Positions 42,270 to 52,294 are shown, counted from the stretch's first letter. The stretch is DNA of 64,000 bases from Planctomycetota bacterium (GCA_019186845.1 JABARW010000019.1:1790-65789), one strand, 5' to 3'. Made by a program: numbers and translations. The notes: generated by a model from the letters alone, not told the origin.

Positions 42270-43961
42270 TCAACGGCCAAAAAGGGCGTCGGACAGGTCG
42301 GCTGCCGCCTTGCCAAAGGCGCGCAGATCTCCCACAAGCACCAGGCGGAAGTTGGCGTGGGAGAGCGGCGCTTTGAGCGCCTCCCTGAACTGCTTCTCAC
42401 CGCCATACCAGCAGGCAAACAGCCCCACCGTCAGCGTGCTGTGCTCGATGCCCCGCTCGAAAATCGGCATGGCGTCCTTCATGGCCACGTTACTCAGGAA
42501 GTCGCTGTCGGAGATCACGACGCGGATGACCTCTTCGCGGCGCGCGGCAAAGCGCTTGAGCACGTCAAAGGGAAAGAGGGTGCCCCCGCCCGCATAGTTG
42601 AGCAGGAAGTCCCGGGCCACGTCCTCGCTCTGCATCCAGTCGCTGACCAGGGGATTGCCGTAGCTGTAGATCACTGCGCGCACCTTGCCGCCCTTGCGCA
42701 GGGCCGCGGCTGCCAGGATCTGCGCCGCCAGGGTCATCACGTTGAGGCCGGCCTGGGGATTGGGCATGGAGCCGCTGGTATCGAGGTAGATCTCGATGCC
42801 GGGCACGACTTGGCCGCGCTCCTTGGGGTCTTCTGCCTCGTACTCGCGCCGCAGGGGGTTCACGGCCGCCAGGGCGCCGCGCGAAAGCACGCTCTGGTTC
42901 CAGTCAATGAGTTTGGGATTGTCTCCGAACTCCCATTCTTCGGTGGTTGTCGGCAGCATGGGCTCCGGCGGCGGTGCCTTGATACCCGGCACCTTGATCA
43001 AGTATTGCTCCACGAGCCGCTTGTAGTGCCGTCCCACCAGCGCGCGACGGAAAGGCGCGGCCACCGTGCCCGGCTTGTTGCGGGTGATGCGATCGATCTT
43101 CGACAGGGGGTCGCTGCCGGTCGAGGGCGATTCGCTGGCTCCCTCGGGCAGCATGCCGCGCTTCTTGGCCTCCTGCAGCGCCTCGTCCACGGCGGGGCTG
43201 CCGTAGAGGGCGCCGGCGTAGTCGTCGAGGTCGGGCTCGGGCAAGTCGCCCGAGAGCGGCATGGCGCCGACCTTGCCGGAGGCCGGCAGGTAGCGGATGA
43301 ACACCCCGCAGAAGTAGACGAACTGCAGGTAGACGTTGGGCAGCGAATAGAAGGTCTGCACAAACATGCGGGCCTCGCCGCGCCAGCCGGCGTATTGCTG
43401 CTCCATAGCGTCTTCCTGGGACGCGGGCGTGAGGCTGCCGGGGCCCAGGCCCCAGAGCTCTTCGTAGCAGGCCAGATAGAAGTTGAAGAGGGGACTGAGC
43501 TTGTCGGGGGCAAAGGCCCTCTGGTGACCGCGGTACACGGCGCAAAGGTCAGCTGCCAGCGTCCGCCCCACCACCTCGTTGACCTGCAAGTCAAAGAACA
43601 GATTGAGCAGAGAATCCTGCATGCGCGGCAGAAGCTGGCCCTCGAGCACCTCCAGTTGCGCGGCCAGCCCCAGAGTGTGGGGAAAGGCGATGTGGTGGCC
43701 GACTTCATGGGCGAGCACGGCCGTGAGGCTCTGGCGCGCGCCGATATGGTCGAGCATGGGGAAGTTGACGACCACCTGCCGCGCGTTCATGTCAATGTAG
43801 GCGATGGGGTCGCCGGCCTCGACCATGCCCTTGCCCGCGCGGGGGGAGTCGGGGCTCCAGGCGCTGGGCGCGCTGAGCGATACATTGACGCCCCAAAGCT
43901 TCAGGGCCTGTTCCCAGGCGTGGGCGATGGTGTCCGCGTCGAAGGGGGCGGCGGTGCGCAT
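42270..43961 (-). CDS. putative metallopeptidase-VWA fusion protein (DUF2201-like architecture)
   Basis: HExxH motif (LAHEVGHHIAF) in the N-terminal half. MIDAS-like IYLDTSGSM in the C-terminal half. Confidence 0.55.
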   Translation of the reverse strand: MRTAAPFDADTIAHAWEQALKLWGVNVSLSAPSAWSPDSPRAGKGMVEAGDPIAYIDMNARQVVVNFPMLDHIGARQSLTAVLAHEVGHHIAFPHTLGLAAQLEVLEGQLLPRMQDSLLNLFFDLQVNEVVGRTLAADLCAVYRGHQRAFAPDKLSPLFNFYLACYEELWGLGPGSLTPASQEDAMEQQYAGWRGEARMFVQTFYSLPNVYLQFVYFCGVFIRYLPASGKVGAMPLSGDLPEPDLDDYAGALYGSPAVDEALQEAKKRGMLPEGASESPSTGSDPLSKIDRITRNKPGTVAAPFRRALVGRHYKRLVEQYLIKVPGIKAPPPEPMLPTTTEEWEFGDNPKLIDWNQSVLSRGALAAVNPLRREYEAEDPKERGQVVPGIEIYLDTSGSMPNPQAGLNVMTLAAQILAAAALRKGGKVRAVIYSYGNPLVSDWMQSEDVARDFLLNYAGGGTLFPFDVLKRFAARREEVIRVVISDSDFLSNVAMKDAMPIFERGIEHSTLTVGLFACWYGGEKQFREALKAPLSHANFRLVLVGDLRAFGKAAADLSDALFGR

Positions 43962-43965
43962 GGGC

Positions 43966-45711
43966 TCAGCGCTGGGTCACGCTGAGCGTGCCCTCGGCTT
44001 CGGTCAGGGTGAAGGGGCGGTCGCGCAGCCCCTCGCCGACGAGGCGATAGAGGCAATCCTTCGAGGCCATGAACTTGATGGCGCCGGTGCTGACGCGCTC
44101 GGCACTGACTTCCTGCCAGCCCTCAGCACTCCAGACCAGCACCTTGACGGACTTGTCGGGGCGAAACTCGCCCAAGGCGCACTGCTTTTCAAAGCGCGCC
44201 TCAAACAGGCCGTCCTGCGCCTGCCCCGAGAGCAGGGGCCGCACCGACTTGTCCGTCTCCACGGCAAAGGCGCGGTCGGGCATCCCCTCGACCTTCACCA
44301 CTAGCGCAAAGGGCTTGCGGCAGCCGACTTTCTCGAACATGGCCTTGCCCTGGGCAACGGGAGCCCGGGCCAGGGTGCGCCACTGTTCGTGGTTGAAGAC
44401 GTTGAGGCTGGCCTGACCGTCGCCCGTGGCTGCAACTTCGAGGCGAGTGACGCTGACGTACTGGTCGGTGACATCGTCGAGCCCGTCCCAGGTCTTGATG
44501 AAGATCTTGACCGCGCCTCCGCCCGTGCCGTCACCGCTGACCTTGCGCAAGCCGGGAATTTCCGTCCAGGCATGGTTGCCGTCTCCGTTACCCCACCAGG
44601 GAGTAAAGGCCTGGCAAGCGGGCAGGCCTACGGCGCGCAGCATGCAGTTTTCGACGTTGCTGCAATCCTCGCAGCGGCCTTCATGAACGGCCAACGCCGT
44701 CAGCATGCCGAAGTCTTCCCAGGTGGTGTCGCCCTCATACTGAAAAAAGGAGTAGACCACGTCTGTGGCCAGCTTGATGGCTTCGGCGGGGTCCTTTACG
44801 TCCTTGAGTTCGGGCGCCAGCGCCTCGTAATACTGGCGGCGCCAGCGCTGAGCAGGCTCGCCCGTGCCGCGCGGGCTCAATACGTGGTGGAGGAAGTCGC
44901 GCTCGCTGACGCTGCGGCCCCAAGACATCTCGCTGCGGGCCTTGACCGCGTAGTAGACGTTCTCAAAGAAGGCGCGGGCCTCGACGGTGGTGAGGTCACC
45001 CTTGGAAAGGCTGCGGTTCTCGCGCGCAAAGCTCATGGTGTCCATGCGCGAAATCGTCCACAGCGCGGCCCAGCACAGCTCGCCTGCGTTGTCGCACTCA
45101 GCCAGGGCGCTGAGCGCCAGAGCCAGCTCCCCGAGCCGTGTTGACTCGGCCTTCAGGTTCTTGTCCAGGCGGGCCAGGGTGGTTTCGTCAAGCTTGAGGC
45201 CCGCGGCTTCGCACCTGGCGCGCGCGACGAGCAGGACTTCGGCCGGGCCCTGAAGGCGGCCGCGCTCGCGAGCGCGTGTGAACTCTGCAGGCGGCGGGGC
45301 CGTGAAAGCTGTCTCGCTGTACAGCCGGCGAAGCACGCGCACCTGGGCCGGAGTGAGTTCGCGCTCGTTGCGGCGTTCGTCTCCCCGGTAGTGAAAAGCC
45401 CGCGTCTTGCCGTCGGGGCAGCGGGCCAGGAAGAACTGGCGGTTGACCCCGAATTTCTCGAGTTGCCCCTTCTCCCAGCTTTCGGCCGCGCAGTGCTCGC
45501 GGATGGCGAGGGGCATCTCCAGGAACTCCAGGGCGCCATCCAGCGTCTGGGGCGCCGACTTGAAATGTCCCTGGAGCAGATACTCGCGCGCCGCCCCGTT
45601 GAGTTTGGGCTTCCTGTCGGCGCTCTCCGGCCCGCTGGTTTCGTCGGCCAGGATGGTGGAAGCAGGCGCGGCCAGGGCCATGGTCAGCAGCAACAGGGCG
45701 AGTTGTTTCAT
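43966..45711 (-). CDS. secreted transglutaminase-like cysteine protease superfamily protein
   Basis: Start MKQLALLLLTMALAAPAS (signal). Core GRCEDCSNVENCMLRAVGLPA .. GNHAWTEI. Confidence 0.7.
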   Translation of the reverse strand: MKQLALLLLTMALAAPASTILADETSGPESADRKPKLNGAAREYLLQGHFKSAPQTLDGALEFLEMPLAIREHCAAESWEKGQLEKFGVNRQFFLARCPDGKTRAFHYRGDERRNERELTPAQVRVLRRLYSETAFTAPPPAEFTRARERGRLQGPAEVLLVARARCEAAGLKLDETTLARLDKNLKAESTRLGELALALSALAECDNAGELCWAALWTISRMDTMSFARENRSLSKGDLTTVEARAFFENVYYAVKARSEMSWGRSVSERDFLHHVLSPRGTGEPAQRWRRQYYEALAPELKDVKDPAEAIKLATDVVYSFFQYEGDTTWEDFGMLTALAVHEGRCEDCSNVENCMLRAVGLPACQAFTPWWGNGDGNHAWTEIPGLRKVSGDGTGGGAVKIFIKTWDGLDDVTDQYVSVTRLEVAATGDGQASLNVFNHEQWRTLARAPVAQGKAMFEKVGCRKPFALVVKVEGMPDRAFAVETDKSVRPLLSGQAQDGLFEARFEKQCALGEFRPDKSVKVLVWSAEGWQEVSAERVSTGAIKFMASKDCLYRLVGEGLRDRPFTLTEAEGTLSVTQR

Positions 45712-45862
45712 GGGTTCTCCCGGGTCAGTCATGGTAACACGCGCCGGGGGAGCGCGCCGTTCAAGATGCTGATACGGGCCAGTGGCGGCCCGCCGCCCAT
45801 GAAAGATGAGCGCCGAGCCGACAGCGATGACTGGCCCGTGAGGGGGCAAGAACCAGCCGGTG

Positions 45863-46318
45863 TCAGTTCTTGCCCGCGTGGGCGCGTTTGATGGCGGCGA
45901 TGTCGATCTTGCGCATGGTGAGCATGGCGTCGATGGCGCGCTTGGCCCTGGCCAGGTTCCGGTCACTGATGCACTTCATCAGAGCGTCGGGGATAATCTG
46001 CCAGCTCACACCGAACTTGTCTTTGAGCCAGCCGCACATGGACTCCTCACCGCCTTGGGAGAGCTTGCTCCAGTAGTAGTCCACTTCCTTCTGGGTTTTG
46101 CAGGGCACCAGCAGGGACATGCCCTCAGTAAACGAGAAGTGTGGCCCGCCCTCATAGCACATGAAGGTGGTGCCGTTCATTTTGAACGTGCCGCCCACGA
46201 CCTTTCCGCCCTGCTTCATGAGCCGGGATATCTTGGAGTTCTTGAAAACCGAGCAATAGAACTGCATCGCCTCGTGCGCGCGGTCTTTGAACATCAGGAA
46301 GGTAGTAATTCTGTTCAT
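45863..46318 (-). CDS. VOC-family protein (PhnB / 3-demethylubiquinone methyltransferase-like domain)
   Basis: ITTFLMFKDRAHEAMQFY..MCGWLKDKFGVSWQI pattern. Confidence 0.8.
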   Translation of the reverse strand: MNRITTFLMFKDRAHEAMQFYCSVFKNSKISRLMKQGGKVVGGTFKMNGTTFMCYEGGPHFSFTEGMSLLVPCKTQKEVDYYWSKLSQGGEESMCGWLKDKFGVSWQIIPDALMKCISDRNLARAKRAIDAMLTMRKIDIAAIKRAHAGKN

Positions 46319-46538
46319 CGCAAGCCTTTCGACAGTCTCAAGCCCGGCCGCACTGCTTTTGCCACGGAGTACACGGCAGTCACGGGCAAAAGCAACGCGG
46401 TCAACGGCAGGAGTACATCAACCACAGACTCTCAAAGATGCGCCTCTGATTCATCTGCGGTCATCGGTGTTCAGCTGTGGCTTCAAGGCCTCGGCCCTTC
46501 CTCTGTGTGCTTTGGGCTGAGAGCCTTGTTGTTCCCGA

Positions 46539-47060
46539 CTACTTTCCGACGCCGGCGAGGTGCTTGGCCAGCTGGTCGAGCGTGCCGCCGTAGCCCTGCT
46601 CCATGCTCTTGAACATGCCCTCAAAGAACGCGCGCTCGGCGGGCGTGGCGTTGATGGGGGCGCTGCGCAGGTTGAGCAGGGTGCGGGCCCCCTTCTCGGT
46701 CAGCGTGACGGTGTTGAGTACCTCAAGGGGAAAGTCCTTCGAGAAAAACGCGCGCGCGACGTTGCCCTTTTCATCGGCAAAGGAATTGACCCATACCAGG
46801 CGCGAGGGCGCCACCAGCTCGCGGTAGATGGACAGGCCAAACATGGTGTGACCCGGCGACTTCATGGCGTAGTGGAAGCAGCCGCCGGCGCGGATGTCGG
46901 CCTTGAGGACTTCGAGCTTCATCTCCTTCGGTCCCCACCAATTGGCGAGCTGCGTCGCGTCAGTCCAGGCCTTCCACACTGCCGCGACGGGCGCGTGGAA
47001 CTCGCGCGAGATCACGAGTTCGCGGCCCGAGGTGTCAAGCGATTCACTTCTTGCGGCCAT
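46539..47060 (-). CDS. SRPBCC / AHSA1 (activator of Hsp90 ATPase homolog 1-like) domain protein
   Basis: ELVISREFHAPVAAVWKAWTD..LANWWGPK pattern. Start MAARSE overlaps the ArsR gene stop by 17 nt. The ArsR+AHSA1 pairing is common. Confidence 0.8.
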   Translation of the reverse strand: MAARSESLDTSGRELVISREFHAPVAAVWKAWTDATQLANWWGPKEMKLEVLKADIRAGGCFHYAMKSPGHTMFGLSIYRELVAPSRLVWVNSFADEKGNVARAFFSKDFPLEVLNTVTLTEKGARTLLNLRSAPINATPAERAFFEGMFKSMEQGYGGTLDQLAKHLAGVGK

Positions 47061-47445
47061 GCTTTTTCTCCTGTTCCTGTAGTTCTTTGAGGTAGCTGTC
47101 GAGGCGGTCAAAGCGCTCTTCCCAGAAGCGCCGGTATTGCTCCAACCAGTCGGCTACCTGCTTGAAGGGCTTGCCCGAGAGCCTGCAGATGTGCCGGCGC
47201 CCGTCTTTGCACTTCTCGATCAGCCTCGCGCGCTCGAGGCAAGCGAGATGTTTGCTCACGGCCTGCTGCGAAATTCGAAAGGGCCTGGCCAGGTCATTGA
47301 CCGAGGCTTCCCCCTGCGCGAGCCGCTGAAGAATCAGGCGGCGCGTCGGGTCGGCAAACGCGGCCAAGGTTGCGCTGAGTGAATCCACAACCTTATGGTT
47401 GTATATAAGCGCCGCATTGTCAACCGCATAGTCGCTGTTCTCCAA
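47044..47445 (-). CDS. ArsR/SmtB family transcriptional regulator
   Basis: LAAFADPTRRLILQRLAQGEASVNDLARPFRISQQAVSKHLACL winged-HTH. Confidence 0.85.
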   Translation of the reverse strand: MENSDYAVDNAALIYNHKVVDSLSATLAAFADPTRRLILQRLAQGEASVNDLARPFRISQQAVSKHLACLERARLIEKCKDGRRHICRLSGKPFKQVADWLEQYRRFWEERFDRLDSYLKELQEQEKKHGRKK

Positions 47446-47448
47446 CTG

Positions 47449-48258
47449 CTATTTCACTTGAGACGCCACGATGTCACGCAGCCGTTTGCAGGCAGCCGGG
47501 TCACGGGCCAGCTTGTGGGGCTGGTGCTGCGCAAAGCGGCGGAAAAACCCGCCACTGACCTTGGCCACATCCTCCGCCGAGGCCAGTCGGATGACCGGCG
47601 CGGCACAGCTTCGCGGCGAGCGCATCAGCAGCCAGGTCCAGAACTGGATGAACCTGGGAAACTTGCGGAACAGGGAAGTGCCGGAGATGCCGGGGTGGAG
47701 GCTGTTGGCCGTGATCCCGCTCTCGCGCGAGGCCAGTTCGTTGGTGAGCATGGTGAGGGCGAGCTTGCTGCGGCGGTAAGCGTAGCGAGGCTGATAGCCC
47801 TTCTCGAACTGGATGTCGTCCCAGTCCATCTTGCCGAGGTAGTGCTCGTTGGACGAAACATTGACCACGCGCCCCGCTGCGGCCTTCAGGGGGGCCAGCA
47901 GCTCTTCCTGAAGAATCCAGGGCGCGAGCACGTTGACAGCCCAGGTCTTCTCAAAGCCGTCCGCGGTCACTTCACGCTGCCCGTTCCAGATGCCGGCGTT
48001 ATTGATCAGGGCGTGCAACTGCGGGTGCCCGGCCTTCACAGTTTGCGCTGCCTGGCGCAGCTCTTGCACGGAGTCAAGCGCAAAGGCCAGGCCTTCCGCG
48101 CTGCCGCCGGATCGACGGATTTCGTCCACCACCGCCTCGGCCTGCTCGAGGCGCCGGGCGTGGGCAATGACGTGCGCGCCCAAGCCGGCGAGGCCCAGGG
48201 CAATGCAGCGGCCAATGCCCCCTGCCGCGCCGGTAAGAAGTACGGTTTTGCCTTTCAT
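47449..48258 (-). CDS. SDR-family oxidoreductase
   Basis: Start MKGKTVLLTGAAGGIGR (TGxxxGIG). NNAG. YxxxK (YAYRRSK). Confidence 0.9.
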   Translation of the reverse strand: MKGKTVLLTGAAGGIGRCIALGLAGLGAHVIAHARRLEQAEAVVDEIRRSGGSAEGLAFALDSVQELRQAAQTVKAGHPQLHALINNAGIWNGQREVTADGFEKTWAVNVLAPWILQEELLAPLKAAAGRVVNVSSNEHYLGKMDWDDIQFEKGYQPRYAYRRSKLALTMLTNELASRESGITANSLHPGISGTSLFRKFPRFIQFWTWLLMRSPRSCAAPVIRLASAEDVAKVSGGFFRRFAQHQPHKLARDPAACKRLRDIVASQVK

Positions 48259-48602
48259 GGCCCGGCAATATAGGGGACTGGCCCGACGGTGCAACGCGCG
48301 GCGGGGTGTCGCGTGCGTTTTTCATGCAGCGCGGGGCGGGGTAACTCTCGCGTGGCGCAATTCGGTGGCAGTCCCCGCCTTGACGCTTGGGGCCGCCGCG
48401 CTAGCTTCTCGGCATGCTTGAGCGCAGCGCACAGGCTCGCAGCTCCCGCCACCGTCCGCGCTAGCGGTACGCGAACTCCGTTTGTCACACTGACCTGCTG
48501 CGCCGCGCAAGCTTTGTGGCTTGCTTGAGGCGCGACCCAATAGACAATCCGCGCCCTTGCGGCGCGAGGGCGACACACGTGTCGCCCCAACGAAAGAGAG
48601 TC

Positions 48603-50132
48603 ATGGCCAAGAACATCAAAACCCGCGCGGAAGACTACGCGCAGTGGTATCTCGACGTCATCAAGGCAGCGCAACTCGCCGATTACTCGCCCGTGCGCGG
48701 CTGCATGGTCATCCGCCCCGAGGGCTTTGCTGTATGGGAAGCCATCCAGCGCGACCTTGACCGGCGCTTCAAGGAAACCGGCCACGTCAACGCGTACTTT
48801 CCTCTGCTGATTCCCCAGAGCTTCCTGACAAAGGAAGCCCAGCACGTTGAAGGTTTCGCAATGGAATGCGCGGTCGTCACGCATTCCAAGCTTGAACACG
48901 GTGCGCACGGCCTCAAACCCGGCGGCGAACTTGAAGAGCCCTTGATTGTGCGCCCCACGAGCGAAACGGTCATTGGCCACATGTACGCCCAGTGGGTGCA
49001 GAGCTACCGCGACTTGCCCGTGCTGATCAACCAGTGGTGCAACGTCATGCGCTGGGAATTGCGCACGCGCCTGTTTTTGCGCACGGCGGAATTCCTGTGG
49101 CAGGAAGGCCATACGGCCCACGAAACGGAACAGGAGGCCGAAGCTGAAACCTTGCGCATGCTCGAGGTCTATCGCGCCTTCGCCGAAGACGTGCTGGCCA
49201 TTCCCGTGATCAAGGGCCGCAAGACGGAGGCCGAGAAATTCCCCGGTGCCGTCAAGACCTACGCCATCGAAGGCCTGATGCAGGACGGCAAGGCGCTGCA
49301 GTGCGGCACCAGCCACAATCTGGGCCAGAACTTCGCCAAGGCCTTTGACATCAAGTTCCTCGGCCGCGACAACAAGATCGTCCACGCCTGGACCACAAGC
49401 TGGGGCGTAAGCACGCGTCTCATAGGCGCCATGATCATGGCGCATTCCGACGATGATGGCCTCGTCCTGCCTCCCCGCGTGGCGCAGAACGTCGTAGCCA
49501 TCGTGCCCATCTTCAAGACCGACGAAGAGCGGGCCAAAGTTGCCGCGTTCGTGGAGAAGGTCGTTCGTTCGCTCGTCGGCGACGAAGAATTCGAAGCCGC
49601 GAGAACGCGCCAGCAGGGCGAAGTGGCGAGTTACTTCTTTGACAAGATCACGCACCAGCGCGTGATCGTGGACTGGCGTGACGCCCGCCCCGGCGACAAG
49701 CAGTTTCATTGGGAACAGCGCGGCATCCCCTTCCGCTTTGAAATCGGCCCCAAGGATGTCGAAGGCGGCTCGATCATGGTCAAGCGCCGCCTCGACCGCG
49801 CCAAGGAGGTCGTCAAGCTGGAAAAGATGACCGCCCAACACTTGCGCACGGAACTGGCGGGGGTGCACCAGCTCATGTTCGAGAAGGCGAAGAAGTTCCG
49901 CGACGAGAACATCCGCGACGCCGGTTCATACGAGGAACTGAAGACTATTCTGGCCGGGAAGGGCGGCTTTGTGCGCTGCTTCTTCAAGCAGGACAAGAGC
50001 GTCGAGGCGCGCATCAAGGAAGAAACCAAGGCCACGGTGCGCTGCATCCCCAGCGATACGGCCGAGAAGCGGGGCAAGTGCATCATCAGCGGCGAAGAGG
50101 GCCAGCAGGTGCTGTTTGCCGTGGCGTACTAA
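48603..50132 (+). CDS. proS: proline--tRNA ligase (archaeal/eukaryote-like class IIa form)
   Basis: Start MAKNIKTRAEDYAQWY. FRTAEFLWQEGHTAH, TTSWGVSTRLIGAMIMAHSDDDGL. Confidence 0.95.
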   Translation: MAKNIKTRAEDYAQWYLDVIKAAQLADYSPVRGCMVIRPEGFAVWEAIQRDLDRRFKETGHVNAYFPLLIPQSFLTKEAQHVEGFAMECAVVTHSKLEHGAHGLKPGGELEEPLIVRPTSETVIGHMYAQWVQSYRDLPVLINQWCNVMRWELRTRLFLRTAEFLWQEGHTAHETEQEAEAETLRMLEVYRAFAEDVLAIPVIKGRKTEAEKFPGAVKTYAIEGLMQDGKALQCGTSHNLGQNFAKAFDIKFLGRDNKIVHAWTTSWGVSTRLIGAMIMAHSDDDGLVLPPRVAQNVVAIVPIFKTDEERAKVAAFVEKVVRSLVGDEEFEAARTRQQGEVASYFFDKITHQRVIVDWRDARPGDKQFHWEQRGIPFRFEIGPKDVEGGSIMVKRRLDRAKEVVKLEKMTAQHLRTELAGVHQLMFEKAKKFRDENIRDAGSYEELKTILAGKGGFVRCFFKQDKSVEARIKEETKATVRCIPSDTAEKRGKCIISGEEGQQVLFAVAY

Positions 50133-50140
50133 CAGGGCAA

Positions 50141-50166
50141 GGGAGCGCCGATCGTTCGGCGCTCCC
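50141..50166 (+). terminator. hairpin after proS
   Basis: GGGAGCGCCGA-TCGT-TCGGCGCTCCC, 11-bp stem, weak T tail. Confidence 0.45.
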
Positions 50167-50186
50167 GATTCATCGGAGGCGGGGCA

Positions 50187-51107
50187 ATGGGCGAGAAGAA
50201 GAAGGGCGGCATCGTTCGCAAGTTGATGTTTGGCGTGGTTGGGCTGTTTGGCTTGTTCGCCTGCGCCTTTGCGGGCATGCACTTTGTTTCGGCGAGCAAG
50301 CTGGCGCAGACCGTCGAAGTTGAAGTGGCTGACATCAAGGTGCCCGATGGCAGCGGCTCGGCCATCGAGCGCGGCAAGTATCTCGTCGATCATCTTATGG
50401 GCTGCAAGGAGTGCCACGGCGATGATCTTGGCGGCAAGGTCATTATGGACAATGGCGCCATGGGGCTGTGGTACGGACCTAACTTGACCACGGGCAAAGG
50501 TTCGAAGCTGGCGGACTACTCCAGCAAGGATTGGATGCGCGCGTTGCGCCACGGCGTGGGCAAAGATGGTCGCCGCCTGCTGCTGATGCCCAGCGACGAC
50601 TACGTGAACTTCGGTGATGAGGACATGGGTGCGGTTGTGGCATACTTCCGCTCCCTGCCCGCCGTCGAACGCGAGGACAAGCCCCTGAGCCTGGGCCCCA
50701 TCGGCAAGATGCTTGTCGCCACGGGGCAGATTCAGTTCGCCCACGAGAAGATTGACCACAAGGCCAAGCGCCCCGACGCCAAGCCCGGCCCGACGAAGGA
50801 GTGGGGCGCGGTGCTGATCGGCTCATGCACGGGCTGCCACGGCACGGGGCTTTCTGGCGGCAAGATTCCCGGCGGCGATCCCAAGTGGCCTGAAGCAGCG
50901 AACATCTCGCCTGACAAAGAAACCGGCCTGGGCCAATGGAGTTACGAGGAGTTCGTCAAGGCCATGCGTGAGGGCAAACGCAAGGACGGCAGCGCGATCA
51001 ACGAAGCCATGCCCTGGAAGGCCTATGCGGGCATGAAGGACGACGACCTCAAGGCGCTGTGGGAGTACATCAAAGCCGCGCCGGCAAAGGCCAAGGGCGG
51101 CCGGTAA
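50187..51107 (+). CDS. membrane-anchored dihaem c-type cytochrome
   Basis: N-terminal TM helix. Two CxxCH motifs (CKECH, CTGCH). Confidence 0.8.
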   Translation: MGEKKKGGIVRKLMFGVVGLFGLFACAFAGMHFVSASKLAQTVEVEVADIKVPDGSGSAIERGKYLVDHLMGCKECHGDDLGGKVIMDNGAMGLWYGPNLTTGKGSKLADYSSKDWMRALRHGVGKDGRRLLLMPSDDYVNFGDEDMGAVVAYFRSLPAVEREDKPLSLGPIGKMLVATGQIQFAHEKIDHKAKRPDAKPGPTKEWGAVLIGSCTGCHGTGLSGGKIPGGDPKWPEAANISPDKETGLGQWSYEEFVKAMREGKRKDGSAINEAMPWKAYAGMKDDDLKALWEYIKAAPAKAKGGR

Positions 51108-51681
51108 CCGACGGCGGTGCGAAGCCGTTGTCGCGGCAGAGTTGCTCGTAGGTCCGCAATTCGCGGCTGCTGCTCATGATTACGGTGGGCCGACCGTTGT
51201 TCGACACAACCTGGTTGTACGCGAGGTTCAGGCACGGGAACGTCAACGCGCCGCCGCCGAGGTCCACGATCCGCGTAGCCGCGATGTAGTCACGGAGACC
51301 TCCGGTACCCGGAGCGCCGTCAAGCCACGCGAAGTAACCGTAGATGACCTCGGCTATCGCGATGAGGTACTCGTCCTCATCCGGATTGTTGGGGATGTGG
51401 TAGCGGTCAAGGTCGGTGAAGCAGATCTGCCGGCGCGTGACGAAGTCAACGATGGGGAACGTAATACTCGCTAAAGTGTCCACAGTCTCGGCAACATTGC
51501 CGCAGCCAGTGTTGACGGCGGTTGGAGTTAACTGCGCGTTCTTGCGCGAGTAGATGAGGCCGCTGCCGGCCACACCCAGCCAGGGCCAAACTCGTGCGAT
51601 CTGCAGCTAGATCGGGCTGTTCTCGACGATGTACCGCGCGCGGCGGTCTTCAGACAGCAGGCTGGCGCTGGTCAGCGGCAT
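51070..51681 (-). pseudogene. disrupted gene of unknown function (in-frame TAG; 3' end overlaps the cytochrome c gene); weak capsid/encapsulin-like hint
   Basis: ATG at 51681 with GGAGAG upstream gives MPLTSASLLSEDRRARYIVENSPI. Then TAG (51609..51607). The same frame continues LQIARVWPWLGVAGSGLIYSRKN.. to 51070, overlapping the convergent cytochrome c gene by 38 nt. The segment RPTVIMSSSRELRTYEQL resembles the xxVLxPxDWxxL segment of HK97-fold proteins. This is only a pattern impression. Confidence 0.35.
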
Positions 51682-52262
51682 GTTCTCTCCGGGATTGGTC
51701 TTTGGGTTTAAGGGAGGTTCGGCAAATCATTTCGCTGAACGGCGATGGACAGTATCTGCGCGGCTTCGCAGAAGCAAAACTGTCATGTGCAAGAATTCTG
51801 GCACCACTAACAATTACAACGAGCGAGCATGAATTCCAGACAAGTTTAGCTGAAGTTTGTTGGCGCAACGGGTGGGCCACAGAGAGCAGGGTGCACTTAG
51901 ATTTCCTCTGCTGCGCGTCCGTTCCGTGATTACGTGTCACCAAGGCTGCGGCCGGGTGCAAGAAAAGCGAAATTTTTGCAACTAGCCCGACTCCCGGCAA
52001 GTCCCAGCGTGTGACTGCTGGGTCCGAGTGCAGGGATTTGTCCCGCAAAGTCGGGTCCTCGTGCAATTCAAGGGTCGGGGTCGTCCGCTTACAATGGGTC
52101 GAAACATAAGCCGCCTCCAAGCGGCAGCTGGGTTTGGGGCGGGCGAAGGGGGCTTTGCCCCACGACCGCCCGTCGGGGAGAATCTTGCGAACGACGAGGA
52201 AAGTAGTCGCGAATTCCAGGTGCAATTACCGGTACGTTCGGCAGGATAGGCCCGGAACGCAA

Positions 52263-52294
52263 AGTGCCAAACGGCTTGGAAACCGCTTGGCACT
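52263..52294 (-). terminator. hairpin directly downstream of the tRNA 3' end
   Basis: 12-bp stem with one mismatch (AGTGCCAAACGG / CCGCTTGGCACT), followed on the minus strand by TTTGCGTT. Confidence 0.5.

Noticed and set aside
42207-43985. 592-aa plus-strand ORF
   Set aside because: It is antisense to the HExxH-VWA gene. The same reasoning rejects 24183..25550(+), 48255..49868(-), 34944..36182(+), 37549..38769(+), 8620..9399(-) and 7683..8435(-).
48295-48602. About 300-nt GC-rich region upstream of proS as a possible T-box or riboswitch
   Set aside because: I could not find a specifier-loop/T-box sequence or any riboswitch core I recognise. It may simply contain the divergent promoters of proS and the SDR gene. 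It is worth an Rfam scan but is not supportable from reading alone.
52190-52252. tmRNA-like tag reading frame GCG AAC GAC GAG GAA.. (ANDEESSREFQVQLPVRSAG-stop), preceded by a GC-rich hairpin and next to an integrase, a classic ssrA context
   Set aside because: The only tRNA-like T-arm/CCA end nearby is on the opposite strand. It has a canonical anticodon loop and variable loop and an acceptor strand that cannot form the G3:U70 pair. The tag does not end in the usual hydrophobic ..AA. No GGGG..TTCGAC 5' domain with a matching 3' acceptor exists on the plus strand.
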